Assembly (NCBI GenBank): GCA_937934305.1
Contig: CALHAG010000002.1
Span: 142,192 to 206,191 of the forward strand
Reading direction: 5' to 3'
DNA length: 64,000 bases
Source of the DNA: Candidatus Caldarchaeum subterraneum
GTDB taxonomy: Archaea > Thermoproteota > Nitrososphaeria_A > Caldarchaeales > Caldarchaeaceae
Below, piece after piece: positions 17,036 to 27,157 of the stretch. The notes under the pieces were generated by a model that saw only the letters and a list, made by a program, of their open reading frames with translations, ran no database searches and had not been told where the DNA came from. The translations under genes were made by a program, and so were the position numbers. Every line of letters starts with the position of its first letter. Within the stretch, counting starts at the first letter, position 1.

Positions 17036-20000
17036 TTGAGTAGGGAAGCCGTATTTCAAGACAAGCTTAAGGAGCTTATTCAAGCTGCTTCTAAATTCCG
17101 ATTCGATGGTTTAGAGGTCTCTAGGGTTGAAAGGGACCATCCTGTAGATTCTAGGGAGGTGGACATAGCGGTATTCATTAGAGGGGGCTTGCCGTTCCTG
17201 CTCATAGAGACAAAGAAAAAAGCTGAGGGGAAAAGGGATAGGGGGCTTTTCGACCCCCTCGCTTTGGCGGTCGTAGGCCAGGCGATAAGCTACGCCGCTC
17301 TATATGGGAGAAGGGGACTTCACGTACCATATTTTGCCACCGCTAACCCAAAGTCAATCGCGGTTTTCAAAACACCTAAGGATTTGAACGAGTACGTGAA
17401 TTATGCGAAGATAGAGAAAAGAGACTACAGCAATGTAATTAGGCAAGAGAAGTTCAGCGACCTGATTAAAAACTATCTGATAATAAGAGAGGAGCTGAAG
17501 TTAACAGAGGAATACATCCAAAATCTGCTTGACAGATTAGCCAAAGACTTTCTAGAGAAAAGGGCTCTAAAAGTAGAGCTCTCTTTCGCTTTAATAAACC
17601 AGTTCAGGTCGTTTGTAGAGGACCTGAGTGAACAGTGTAGGGACTTGCTTGAGCTGAAAATGAAGGATGACCTCGCGTTAAAAACAGAACTTGATAAGAT
17701 GGAAAAAGAGCTGGGTTACAAGCCATCTTCAGAAGAGCTGGTCAGGATGATGTCCTATGTTTTGATGAACAAGCTGATATTTTACAAAGTATTGGAGGAG
17801 AAGTACAAACTACGTAGGTTGACGGATTTGGATACGTCTTCCAGTACAAGCTTCCGAGAGCAACTCTTAAAGTATTTTGATGAAGCCGTGAATGCCACTA
17901 AAGACTTCGAGCCAGTATTCAAGACAGGCATCTACGATATGCTCCCCATTCCCGACGACCCGAACGTCATGGAGAGAATCAACGACTTCATATCCTTTCT
18001 CGATAACGTAAAAGTCGAGGAGGTAGGAGACTTAGCTGGCTACATTTACGAAGAGCTGATACCCCCTGAAGAAAGGCACAGGCTAGGCCAGTTCTATACC
18101 CCTCCAGCTATATGCGAGCTGATAACCAAGTGGACCATAAGGAGTCCAGAAGATATTGTATTGGACCCTGGGTGCGGCAGCGGGGGCTTTCTCCTACAGG
18201 CCTATAGAAGGCTGCTTAAGCTCAAAACTGGCAGAGACGTTTTACCTGCATCAAAAGAAGTTCATGAAAGGATTTTAAATCAACTGTATGCTGTGGATAT
18301 CAACCCCTTCCCAGCCCATTTAACGGCGGTCAACCTCTCTATGAAGAACGTCAGGGCGCCATCGAGTCAGATGAACGTGATAGTCCAGGACTTTTTCTCA
18401 ATCATGCCCGGTCATGAACTCATATTACCGTACAGAATTAAGACGGCTGCAGGAGAGGTTGAGCGTAAAATTACGATGCCGAAAAAAGCGGACGCCATAG
18501 TGGGCAACCCTCCTTACACGAGATGGGTGGAGATTCCCGAGAAAACGAAGAAACAAGTCTTGGAGCGTCTAAGAAGGGGAAGGGACTTGATTGGTATGTA
18601 CGGCTTGACGCCTCAGGTATCCAGAGGGGTTGAGCCCGGAATATACACCTACTGGATAATGCATGCTACGGGCTTCCTCAAGGACGGGGGAAAGCTTGGA
18701 ATGATTATATCCAATCTATGGATGCAGACGGATTATGGGATAGGTTTCGGGAAGTTCCTATTGGATAACTATAAGGTAAAGGCGATTATAGACTTCACTC
18801 TCCGCCTCTTCACCGCACTCATTTCAACCTGTGTAATCCTTTTGGAGAAGGAAAAAAATCAAGAAAAGAGGCTTAACAACGAGGTGGTCTTCATCCACAT
18901 ACCTGGCACAATCGAGAGCGTGAACGTAGAAGAAATCCTTGAAGTAGTAGAGAGTAAGAAGTCGGATAAGTTCTACGTTAAAGTAATGAAGCAAGGCGAA
19001 ATACCTGCTGATAGAAAGTGGATGGACGTTTTCTTCGGGAAAAAGGAGGTCTACGAATCCAACCTTCTCGTGAAATTGAGTGAACTTTTCGACGCATCAT
19101 ACGGTAACATCAAATATCTCGTATTGGTCTCTACAGGTAAGTTAAGGGGGGTTCGAAACCCTGGTGCAAGTGAGTTCCATTATCTCACACCCTCAAAGGT
19201 CAAGGAATTCAAATTAGAGAAATATGCGTATCCTAATTCTGATTTAAAGGACGCTTTAATCTGGCCTGCAATAACGAGTGCGAGGCAGGCGGAGTTCTTC
19301 ACGTTTACGGAGGACGATTGGAAACAAATGTATGGGAATGATGAGAAGTGCTATATGTTTATAGGACATAAGCCGAGGAGCAAGCTACCTGAGGAGGTCA
19401 GGAAATATGTAAAGTGGGGAGAAACGGAATGTGTAACTAGGATTAGGGAGAGCAGAGGAGGAGGTAGGCTGGCTAACCAGACGGAGTCGGCTAAGGTTAG
19501 GGCTGGTTCGAAGGAGTTCTATGGCTGGTATGATTTGGGTGGAGTAGTTCCAGCACCTATATTTGCTATCTACCAAGCTTGGTACAAAACTAGGTTCATT
19601 TTGTGTAGATTTCCAGTAGCTATGTACCACGCATTAATAACCCTCGTGCCACGAAATAGTGTCTCTTTAAACGAGGAACAGGTAAACGCGCTTCTCGCTT
19701 ATTTGAATTCTTCATTCATACAATACTATGTAGAGACTCATGGACGGAGAAGCGGGGGTGGAATAATCGGTCTCGAAATCAACATCGCTAGGGACATGCC
19801 GGTTCTGGACGTCAGAAAACTAACTAAGGAGCAGGTCGAAAGCCTAGCCCATAAATTCGGCGAGCTTGAAGCCGAGGCGAGAAGAATAGGAGGGGCTTCA
19901 ATGAAGGAGCAGATAGAGAAGCTCAAACCAAAAATATATGAAATCGACCACATTATAGGCGAAATCCTAAGTTTAAAGCCGGAAGATGTGGAAGATATGC

Positions 20001-20182
20001 AGAAAACAGTTGAAGACTTGGTTGAAAGACGTATCATGGGAGCTAAGGAAGCTATGCCGGAATCCGTTAAAGGAGAAGCAGAATTAAGGATTAAACCACC
20101 CAAAAAAGCTAAAAGAAAAAAGGAGAAAAACGCAACAACAAAACAACTTGATGAATTCTTTGAAGGTTTACAGAGTAAATAA
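17036..20182 (+). CDS. Type IIG restriction-modification fusion enzyme: N-terminal PD-(D/E)xK nuclease plus gamma-class N6-adenine DNA methyltransferase plus C-terminal specificity region
   Basis: N-terminal EVDIAVFIRGGLPFLLIETKKK looks like a PD-ExK nuclease. Motif X/I is QFYTPPAICELITKW...LDPGCGSGGFLL. Motif IV is IVGNPPYTRW (NPPY). 1048 aa. The gene is much more AT-rich than its surroundings. Confidence 0.75.
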   Translation: MSREAVFQDKLKELIQAASKFRFDGLEVSRVERDHPVDSREVDIAVFIRGGLPFLLIETKKKAEGKRDRGLFDPLALAVVGQAISYAALYGRRGLHVPYFATANPKSIAVFKTPKDLNEYVNYAKIEKRDYSNVIRQEKFSDLIKNYLIIREELKLTEEYIQNLLDRLAKDFLEKRALKVELSFALINQFRSFVEDLSEQCRDLLELKMKDDLALKTELDKMEKELGYKPSSEELVRMMSYVLMNKLIFYKVLEEKYKLRRLTDLDTSSSTSFREQLLKYFDEAVNATKDFEPVFKTGIYDMLPIPDDPNVMERINDFISFLDNVKVEEVGDLAGYIYEELIPPEERHRLGQFYTPPAICELITKWTIRSPEDIVLDPGCGSGGFLLQAYRRLLKLKTGRDVLPASKEVHERILNQLYAVDINPFPAHLTAVNLSMKNVRAPSSQMNVIVQDFFSIMPGHELILPYRIKTAAGEVERKITMPKKADAIVGNPPYTRWVEIPEKTKKQVLERLRRGRDLIGMYGLTPQVSRGVEPGIYTYWIMHATGFLKDGGKLGMIISNLWMQTDYGIGFGKFLLDNYKVKAIIDFTLRLFTALISTCVILLEKEKNQEKRLNNEVVFIHIPGTIESVNVEEILEVVESKKSDKFYVKVMKQGEIPADRKWMDVFFGKKEVYESNLLVKLSELFDASYGNIKYLVLVSTGKLRGVRNPGASEFHYLTPSKVKEFKLEKYAYPNSDLKDALIWPAITSARQAEFFTFTEDDWKQMYGNDEKCYMFIGHKPRSKLPEEVRKYVKWGETECVTRIRESRGGGRLANQTESAKVRAGSKEFYGWYDLGGVVPAPIFAIYQAWYKTRFILCRFPVAMYHALITLVPRNSVSLNEEQVNALLAYLNSSFIQYYVETHGRRSGGGIIGLEINIARDMPVLDVRKLTKEQVESLAHKFGELEAEARRIGGASMKEQIEKLKPKIYEIDHIIGEILSLKPEDVEDMQKTVEDLVERRIMGAKEAMPESVKGEAELRIKPPKKAKRKKEKNATTKQLDEFFEGLQSK

Positions 20183-20280
20183 GCCATCAGTATTCCACGC
20201 AGGTGAATAAAGATTCGTATCCGGAGACTACCACTACCAACCACCAAAAATCTTAATACATCTTCTCCATAGATTAGGCA

Positions 20281-20568
20281 TTGTCCCAGGCAGATGAGCA
20301 TGTTGTGTATGTGGGCAATAATCATCCAGAGTATTATGTTAAGGAGATGAGGAAAGGCCTCGATAATGGCGCCAAGAGAATTATCCTCAGGGCTAGGGGA
20401 AGGGCAATCAGCAGAGCTGTCGACGTCTCGCAGGTGTCTTCAAGGATTCTAGGACTACGGGTCGACTCCATAAAAATCGACACAGAGAGGAAGAGGCTGA
20501 AGGATGGAAGAGAAATTGGCATAAGCACTATCGAGATAACTATGGAGGTCGCTACCCCCTCTCTATAG
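20281..20568 (+). CDS. alba: Alba (Sso10b-family) chromatin/nucleic-acid-binding protein
   Basis: AKRIILRARGRAISRAVDVSQVSSRIL...EIGISTIEITME matches the Alba KARGRAIS...STIEI signature. Confidence 0.85.
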   Translation: MSQADEHVVYVGNNHPEYYVKEMRKGLDNGAKRIILRARGRAISRAVDVSQVSSRILGLRVDSIKIDTERKRLKDGREIGISTIEITMEVATPSL

Positions 20569-20666
20569 AGGCCGCGGCTCCATGAGCTGTTACCAGAACT
20601 ACTCCGTCGAAAACCTCGGTTGTTCCAAAGTCAACGCCGACGCTCGCCTCCTACAAGACAAAGTCA

Positions 20667-21026
20667 TCAGTTTTTTCTCCAAACCCAGAGCCTACTGGTC
20701 AGATAATTTACCAGGGTTCCTGCAAAGATTCCGACAAGGTTGGAAAACAGGTAGAATATTCCCAGCTCCGTGAAGAGGTATAGGATGGCCAGGGACATGA
20801 TTGAGCCGGCAACCCTCGACACATGAAACTTAAGCATCCTCTCAAACACCCCAACCGATTCCGTTAAGTCTCTGAATGTCCAGCGCTCATTTAGAACAAA
20901 ATTGCTGATTATCGCGGCTTCTAGGCCTATGACCGCGGCGACCATGTATAGTCCCGCCCCGAGGACATAGCCTGTTAACAGGTATAGAATACCCGTGTTG
21001 ACTAGGATTCCCGAGCCTCCGACCAT
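20667..21026 (-). CDS. GtrA-like small membrane protein
   Basis: 119 aa with four TM helices, VGGSGILVNTGILYLL and IISNFVLNERWTFRD. This is typical of the GtrA family. Confidence 0.55.
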   Translation of the reverse strand: MVGGSGILVNTGILYLLTGYVLGAGLYMVAAVIGLEAAIISNFVLNERWTFRDLTESVGVFERMLKFHVSRVAGSIMSLAILYLFTELGIFYLFSNLVGIFAGTLVNYLTSRLWVWRKN

Positions 21027-21091
21027 GCAGAAAACCTGACGAGCTCGGCTCTGCTTAGCATATCAAAAAAAGGTGATGAGAGTTTGATGCT

Positions 21092-21679
21092 CTACCGTGC
21101 CGTGAGCTGGGCCCTTACCTCTCCGCTTGGAAACTTCTCCGTGTCTATCTGTATGTAGAGCGAGTTATGCATCAGCAGGGTCATGAACCCTTCAAAGTCC
21201 CCCGCCTCGACACCCTGTACGCCCTGTATCTCCTCAGCCTTCAGGTAAAGCGGCGGAACAACGTTGTATGTTATTTCGCCCCATGTCTTCGGCGGGCAGG
21301 CGGGCTTGTCTCCGCCTCCGCATAGCCAGACGATTACCGGCCCCGTCTGCCCCTGTTTACCCACCGCGATGTAGATTTTCGTTGGCGGCGAGCTCAGCCT
21401 CATCCACGAAAGCGTGTAGTACACCTCGTAGCCATAGTTTCCGTCTTCTCCCCTGACCCTTCTAGCGGTCATCTCTAGATGCGCCATGGCGTCGCTGTAC
21501 ACCGGGGGCACGACCTCGAAAGGCGTCAGAGTAACATTTATCCTAGTGCCTGTGTTGCCCAGCGGCAGGTATGGGGAGGAGGCGAATGCTGTTAGCATGA
21601 CTGCTACGGCGACGGTGGCAGCAAGCCCAGCTAGCCAGAAACCTTTCAACTTCATTGCATCAGAAGAATTTCGGGGCAT
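21092..21679 (-). CDS. Secreted hypothetical protein
   Basis: Signal-like N-terminus LKGFWLAGLAATVAVAVMLTAFASS. 195 aa. Confidence 0.4.
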   Translation of the reverse strand: MPRNSSDAMKLKGFWLAGLAATVAVAVMLTAFASSPYLPLGNTGTRINVTLTPFEVVPPVYSDAMAHLEMTARRVRGEDGNYGYEVYYTLSWMRLSSPPTKIYIAVGKQGQTGPVIVWLCGGGDKPACPPKTWGEITYNVVPPLYLKAEEIQGVQGVEAGDFEGFMTLLMHNSLYIQIDTEKFPSGEVRAQLTAR

Positions 21680-21702
21680 TCATTTATCTCGATAAAGAGA
21701 CG

Positions 21703-21990
21703 TTATTTCTTCCCAGTTTTCCGGGGCTCGAGGGTTATCTCCATCGTGCTTACGCTCACTTCTTTGTCTCCCTTGTTCAGCTTCTGTGTACCTATGTCGA
21801 CTTTGGATACCTGGATATGTGGGGCAAGTCTGGTGACAAGCTGGGACACGTTCACGGCATCGTTTATCCTAGCTCCACGCGCCTTCAGGATAACCGACTT
21901 GTACCCGCTTGCGAACGCAGCTATGCAGCCCAATGCGTAGAAGCTTATCCTCCTCTTACCTATCGGAATCTCGTGAACATCCTTTGTCAA
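21703..21990 (-). CDS. alba: Alba paralog (Sso10b-family)
   Basis: SVILKARGARINDAVNVSQLV...EVSVSTMEITLE. Second, divergent copy 1.1 kb from the first and in the opposite orientation. Confidence 0.85.
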   Translation of the reverse strand: MTKDVHEIPIGKRRISFYALGCIAAFASGYKSVILKARGARINDAVNVSQLVTRLAPHIQVSKVDIGTQKLNKGDKEVSVSTMEITLEPRKTGKK

Positions 21991-22261
21991 ACCTGAGCCA
22001 CCTCCATCTCGGGCAGACTTCCTCTGATTATAATCCTCCTATGCCTGCCCCCTTTAATCCGGCTGACCTCCAGAACATCAACCGTCCCCGTGTCGTGCCG
22101 AAGCCCGTCAACATAGTCCCGCATATGCTTTTTACACAGCTCCAGTATGACATGGGTTGTCAGGTTCTCAACCCTGTAGACAGCTCTTCGCCTGCAGCCA
22201 CCCGCCCACAGACAATGCATAACCCTACCTACGCCGGCTTGGATTAAACAGTATAGAACGG

Positions 22262-22535
22262 GTAAGTTGACCATATATGGTCAACCCCTCCCTGTAGAAA
22301 GCCGAAATTTTGGCGAATTAGGGCGCTGTAATACCTGACCGAAAATACTCAAAAAGTATTACGCCTAAGATAAATGCTTGACAATATATGGTCAACTCAC
22401 TTTCCCAGAAACCCGAAATTTCCGGGAATTAAGCCCAATTTATCCCTGACCGAAAATACTCGAAAAGTATTACCTCTGTTGACAAAATATGTTCAAACAC
22501 TTCTCTAGAAACCGGAGATGTTATTTGGCTGGAAT
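22262..22535. repeat. Two and a half tandem copies of the composite palindrome-containing repeat unit
   Basis: Palindromes at 22267-22284 (perfect), 22378-22395 (1 mismatch) and 22479-22496 (degenerate). Each is followed by the GAAATTTYSGG..ATTAG box and the GACCGAAAATACTCGAAAAGTATTAC box. Confidence 0.7.
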
Positions 22536-22537
22536 TA

Positions 22538-24616
22538 TCATCTTCTCGCAATCAGTTTTTTGAAAACGAGGACGGCGCCTATGGCGGCTATTCCGAAGAG
22601 GGCTAGGAGCTGTATGTCCGCTGGTAATGCTATGGGCTGGGCTTGTTGATTGCCTGTGCCGGGTTTAGCGATGTTGATGGCTATGCTGGTTGACCGGCCT
22701 TGGTACAGCAGGTTTACCGCAGCAGAGCCCTCTGGAGCCTCTGGATACGCTGAGAGCTCTAGTGAAGCCTTGGATGGGCATAGCGGGTCTAAAGTGGCTG
22801 AAAGTATTCGGGGATTCACCGATAGATACTGGCCTAGGCCTGTGGCTGATATGCTTATCTCAGCCTTGCCCGAGTACCCGTATCTCGGGAGAAGCGTGAG
22901 CTCGATTTTCCGCGACGAGCCTGAGAAGACATCCATGTTTCTCGGAGCCTTCACCTCGAAGAACGGGTTGGGGAGGCCTAGCTCAACCAGCCTGTAAACG
23001 GCTTTGGAGGTGGCTATGATAGCCGTGCGCTCATCTATCCATGCTATCGCCCTGACCTCCTCAGGCAGGGCTGTGGGAAGAACCGTGGCATTGTAGCCAT
23101 CATACATAACCAGCTCACCCTTCATGCCGCCTGCCAATGCATAGGCTCCCCGTGGGTTGACAGATACGGTTGTGAGTTTAGGCTTGCCTGCGACTTGAGA
23201 CTTTGTTATCGAGTCTTTCCTCAGGTAGACTACTTCTCCTGAGTCGGAGACGGCTATCGCACCACATGCCGTTGACTGTACGTCCACCAGCTTAGATTCC
23301 TGTTTAGAGACCCTTGTCTCAGGCCCAAGCATCACAGCCACCTTGTCTCCTACAGCGAATCCTCTGGTGACGGCTAGTAGGTTGTTTGTGGTTGGCTGCT
23401 CCGTGGAAAGCTCGCCTCCCCTACCCACCTCGGCTACTTTTCCTCCGGCGCCGACAAGTGTTACCCAGAGAGTGGAAGAAGGAGCTATGTCATTGAAGTC
23501 CTCGGCCCTGACAGCCGCCTGAACCGCCTTCAACTCACCCCTATCGAAAACCCATAGACCCTGCCTACCCAGGATAACTATGTCTCCGTAGACAAGCGCC
23601 ATCGCCTTCGGCTGGTCACCCATCAGATAGGCTGTGAAGACCCCGTCACGATAGTGGAGAAGCGAGCCTGTCTTCGATGCCACTAATACTCCTCCGCCGC
23701 CGTCCGAGACCGCTGCCGCATACTCCATCATAGGAGCCGCTAGCCTCCGCTCAACACCTTCTTCCACAATCGCTAGATAGCCTGAGGGGCCTACGGCAAC
23801 AAACGCTTCACCATAGGCCACTATGTCGCTAGCTTTCTGGAGAAGGTTGGCTACAGTGTATAGTTTACGGTCTATGACGTCGTAGAAGCTTACTAGCTGG
23901 TCTCTGTATAGGATGAAGCCCCTTGGAACAGGCTTCATTCCTGAGAACTGGCCGGGAAGCGTTAGGTTGCCGTCAACCATTAAGCCCTTGTCCGTGAGAA
24001 CCCACAGCCGGCCATTTATGTCATAGACATTAACCATCTTCATGTTTTTGTTCTCCATGAGCAGCTTTGACGAGCCTGTTTCAGGGTCGAGCGAAAGTAT
24101 CCTGCCTCCCGCCGCTACAAGGACCTCGGAGCCGCGCCACGTTATAGAGGACACGTCCGCCCCCACATCTATCGTCCGTGAGATGACGCCTCCGAGCCTG
24201 TAGATTAGAACCTCTGTCCGAGCCGCTATGGCCGCTGTTCCCCCGCTTAACGCGGCCCTCGACAAATCCTTCTGAGAAACCGTGTAAGACCTGTATGTTT
24301 CAGCATGTGGGTCTATCTCGGCTACCACTCCTTTAGCCCCTACCGCCACGCATATCCTCTCCATGCATGAGATGGAGAGGAGGTCGCTCTGCGACACGGA
24401 GAAAATAGACAACCTATCATGTCCCCATATCACGACAGAGCCTGACCTGCCCACCGCAACTACCCTATCCTGAGACAATGCGGCCGAGTAAAGGTCTCCA
24501 CCAATGGTCAGAGGCTCTATCCGGATTTTGAGAAACGGCTCCTCCGAGGCCGATACATGGGTAATCAATGTCGAGAAAAGCAGAGACAATGATATGAGAA
24601 AGACTATGCTCCTCAT
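22538..24616 (-). CDS. Secreted, C-terminally membrane-anchored surface protein (possible beta-propeller/repeat architecture)
   Basis: N-terminal signal MRSIVFLISLSLLFSTLITHVSA and C-terminal TM LLALFGIAAIGAVLVFKKLIARR. Gly/Val-rich repeats. Its start overlaps the stop of the upstream 833-aa gene. Confidence 0.45.
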   Translation of the reverse strand: MRSIVFLISLSLLFSTLITHVSASEEPFLKIRIEPLTIGGDLYSAALSQDRVVAVGRSGSVVIWGHDRLSIFSVSQSDLLSISCMERICVAVGAKGVVAEIDPHAETYRSYTVSQKDLSRAALSGGTAAIAARTEVLIYRLGGVISRTIDVGADVSSITWRGSEVLVAAGGRILSLDPETGSSKLLMENKNMKMVNVYDINGRLWVLTDKGLMVDGNLTLPGQFSGMKPVPRGFILYRDQLVSFYDVIDRKLYTVANLLQKASDIVAYGEAFVAVGPSGYLAIVEEGVERRLAAPMMEYAAAVSDGGGGVLVASKTGSLLHYRDGVFTAYLMGDQPKAMALVYGDIVILGRQGLWVFDRGELKAVQAAVRAEDFNDIAPSSTLWVTLVGAGGKVAEVGRGGELSTEQPTTNNLLAVTRGFAVGDKVAVMLGPETRVSKQESKLVDVQSTACGAIAVSDSGEVVYLRKDSITKSQVAGKPKLTTVSVNPRGAYALAGGMKGELVMYDGYNATVLPTALPEEVRAIAWIDERTAIIATSKAVYRLVELGLPNPFFEVKAPRNMDVFSGSSRKIELTLLPRYGYSGKAEISISATGLGQYLSVNPRILSATLDPLCPSKASLELSAYPEAPEGSAAVNLLYQGRSTSIAINIAKPGTGNQQAQPIALPADIQLLALFGIAAIGAVLVFKKLIARR

Positions 24617-27114
24617 TTCTTTAAGAGCGCCTCCGCTTTCTTCCTAGCTTTTGAGAAGAGCAGCAGAGCGGCTACAGCCACGCCGACCGCGACAAGCGGT
24701 GTGATGATTGTCTGTAGCTCAGCCAATGAAAGCGGCACACCTAAGACAGCGGCGACGGGTAAAGTGATGCTAGCCTCGTTCACGGGCTTGTCTAAAACAA
24801 CCTGCTTCTCTGCGCTCTTCGTCCCATAACTGGCGCGTATGATGTAGGCGCCTGAGGGAAGGTTGCTGAAAACCGCTTCGGCCCCGCTATGTTTAGCCAC
24901 AAGCCTTCCACCTCTCACAAGCTCTATCTCGACCTCGAGAGGAGAACCCAGCTCGTTGACAGCTTTCACCACAAGCCTAGTCAAAAGAATGGTTACCTTA
25001 GCGGGGGAGCCGGGGGTGAGGGTTCCAGTCGCCGCCTCAACCCCGTTGTACAGCACTCTGTAGGGGTAGCTGCGTATGGGGACCTGCTGGAAAACCGCTG
25101 AACCATCTGCGGCCGTGGCTGCTTTGGCTAAGCCTACAACCTCGGCCTCGGCGTTGGGTATAGGTGCTCCGCTCTGCTCGACAACCGTCACGACAGGCCT
25201 TGCTACATCGACTGTTATGGTTGTCTCAGAAGAGGCTATGCTGACCTGCCCCCTGAAGACCTCAGCCCCCATATACCTGACCGTGGCAGGGTATCCGCCC
25301 TCAGGGAGATAGGCTTGAGAAGGCTTGCCATCCTTTATCTGGAGACTTGTCGGCTTTCCAGACACCTCTATAGTTACTTCGCCTGATGCGAGAGGCTCAT
25401 CATCCCTCGTGGTCACCAAAATCTTGAGCGGATGAATCTTCAGCCTCACCTCTACGTCTGGAGAAGAGATGTCAACTGCTTCGTCGAAAACAGCGACGCC
25501 CATGTAGGTCACGCTTATCCTATACCGTCCAGCGGTTATGCCGTAGAGCGTCGCATAGCCGCCTGCCACGGAAAACTCTTCACCCTCTATGACGGCTTTC
25601 TCGACGGGGGCCGGCGACCCGTCCGAGGCCACCGGCTTGACTCTGGCGTCGAATATGGCTAGCCTCGCTTCATGCTCCCCATGGTTATCCGGTATGCTGA
25701 AGACATACCTGCCGACCTCGACATCTTTCTTTAACAGCCTGTTATAGGCCGTGGCTGACAAGATATACTCGCCTCTAGGCAGCATGGTGAAGACGGCTGT
25801 ATCCGAGGCGGTTACGGTCTCACCTGCTGGCTGAATGGTTACCGTAACATTTGTTCCAAGCCTTCTGCCGAGCGTGTCTCTTAGGTGAAGCACGATGTCT
25901 CCCACCTCAACTGTGGCCTCTAGCAAGCCGCCGGGGCTTGGTCTGGCGAGCGGCTCATCCACCGAAACGCTTCCCTGAAAAACCTTTACTCCACGCCAGT
26001 AAGCCTCCACCCTATACTGTCCCCTCGGCACGTTTCTGAAAACCGCAACAGCCTCGGAACGGGTGTCTGAGGCCTGCGCAATCTCCGCCACCTGTTTCAC
26101 GTTGCCAAGATACACCTCCGCTTCAACAGGTTTACCCGATAGAGACTTCACCTTCACATGGGCCTCGTAGAGCTTGTTCCTTATCACAGGGTTGGCTGCA
26201 AGGTCTGCGAGGACAGGGGAGAGCATATTGACCATCGTCTTCTCATTTGTGTAGGGAGAGTCATAAAGCACCGTCAACCTGTAAGCTCCTTCAGGTATCC
26301 TCTGTAGAAGAACAGCTCCTGAACCATTTGCCTTGAACACATACTGGCCCCCTGTCAAGCTGCTCTCCAACACAAGCGTTGCATTCGGAACCACGTTAAT
26401 CCCCCAGTAGTCAAGCAGTTGGACGACCATGGTCCTATAGCTCTGCACCATGACGTAGCCAAGGTCGGAGATTATTGTGAGGGGGCCCAAGGCTCTGCCG
26501 TCTGGCTGCCTATACGTAGCCTTCAAACGCAGCTCAGCCTTCAGCCTACCCGTGGGCGAGTCCTGAGGAGGCGCCACCGTCATGTTGAAGAACTTCTCAA
26601 CCTTCTCCAGAACAGCTCCCGAAGGCATATCCAATCTGGATATGGGGCTGTTGTAACCGGCCACCCATATCTCCAGCCTAGTTATGTTGAAGACCCCGTC
26701 TTCGAGGTTTTTCAGCTTGAGCATTGCCCAGCCTCTTCCACCAGCGTGTATGTCGCCCTGCCACATTGTGATTTCTGACACAATGTTCCAGAAGCCCTCC
26801 GTGGCTTTGAAGAGGCAGATGCTGAAGACCATGCCGGCTGTGAAACGGGCTTCTCCGCCCCTCGTCCTATACCCCTGCATCGAAACATAGTAGCTGTAAT
26901 CGCCGGCAGGTAGGTTGATATATGCATGCCCCGTGGCATTGGTTGACGCGACATCGGCAGATGCTCCACGCAGAACCGCTACAATGGCTCCTACAATCGG
27001 CGCCCCTGTCTCGCAATCCGTTACGTGGAAATAGAACCCTCTCCCAGCTTGGGCGAATACAACAGGTAGCAAAGCCATCACAGCAACAATGAAAACCAGG
27101 ATACGGGTCATCAA
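24613..27114 (-). CDS. Large secreted, C-terminally anchored surface protein with repeated beta-sandwich (CarboxypepD_reg/Ig-like) modules
   Basis: Signal MMTRILVFIVAVMALLPVVFAQA. Repeated ~80-aa segments. C-terminal TM plus KARKKAEALLKK tail. Confidence 0.45.
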   Translation of the reverse strand: MMTRILVFIVAVMALLPVVFAQAGRGFYFHVTDCETGAPIVGAIVAVLRGASADVASTNATGHAYINLPAGDYSYYVSMQGYRTRGGEARFTAGMVFSICLFKATEGFWNIVSEITMWQGDIHAGGRGWAMLKLKNLEDGVFNITRLEIWVAGYNSPISRLDMPSGAVLEKVEKFFNMTVAPPQDSPTGRLKAELRLKATYRQPDGRALGPLTIISDLGYVMVQSYRTMVVQLLDYWGINVVPNATLVLESSLTGGQYVFKANGSGAVLLQRIPEGAYRLTVLYDSPYTNEKTMVNMLSPVLADLAANPVIRNKLYEAHVKVKSLSGKPVEAEVYLGNVKQVAEIAQASDTRSEAVAVFRNVPRGQYRVEAYWRGVKVFQGSVSVDEPLARPSPGGLLEATVEVGDIVLHLRDTLGRRLGTNVTVTIQPAGETVTASDTAVFTMLPRGEYILSATAYNRLLKKDVEVGRYVFSIPDNHGEHEARLAIFDARVKPVASDGSPAPVEKAVIEGEEFSVAGGYATLYGITAGRYRISVTYMGVAVFDEAVDISSPDVEVRLKIHPLKILVTTRDDEPLASGEVTIEVSGKPTSLQIKDGKPSQAYLPEGGYPATVRYMGAEVFRGQVSIASSETTITVDVARPVVTVVEQSGAPIPNAEAEVVGLAKAATAADGSAVFQQVPIRSYPYRVLYNGVEAATGTLTPGSPAKVTILLTRLVVKAVNELGSPLEVEIELVRGGRLVAKHSGAEAVFSNLPSGAYIIRASYGTKSAEKQVVLDKPVNEASITLPVAAVLGVPLSLAELQTIITPLVAVGVAVAALLLFSKARKKAEALLKK

Positions 27115-27157
27115 GGTTGAACCAGGTCTTCAAGCATAAAAACAGATGAGGCCTATT

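Noticed and set aside
14585-22535. Possible CRISPR array formed by the recurring TTGACCATATATGGTCAA-containing repeats
   Set aside because: The sequences between palindromes are themselves conserved between copies. The spacing is irregular (about 95-131 bp) and copies are dispersed across the window in both orientations. This is not a repeat-unique-spacer architecture.
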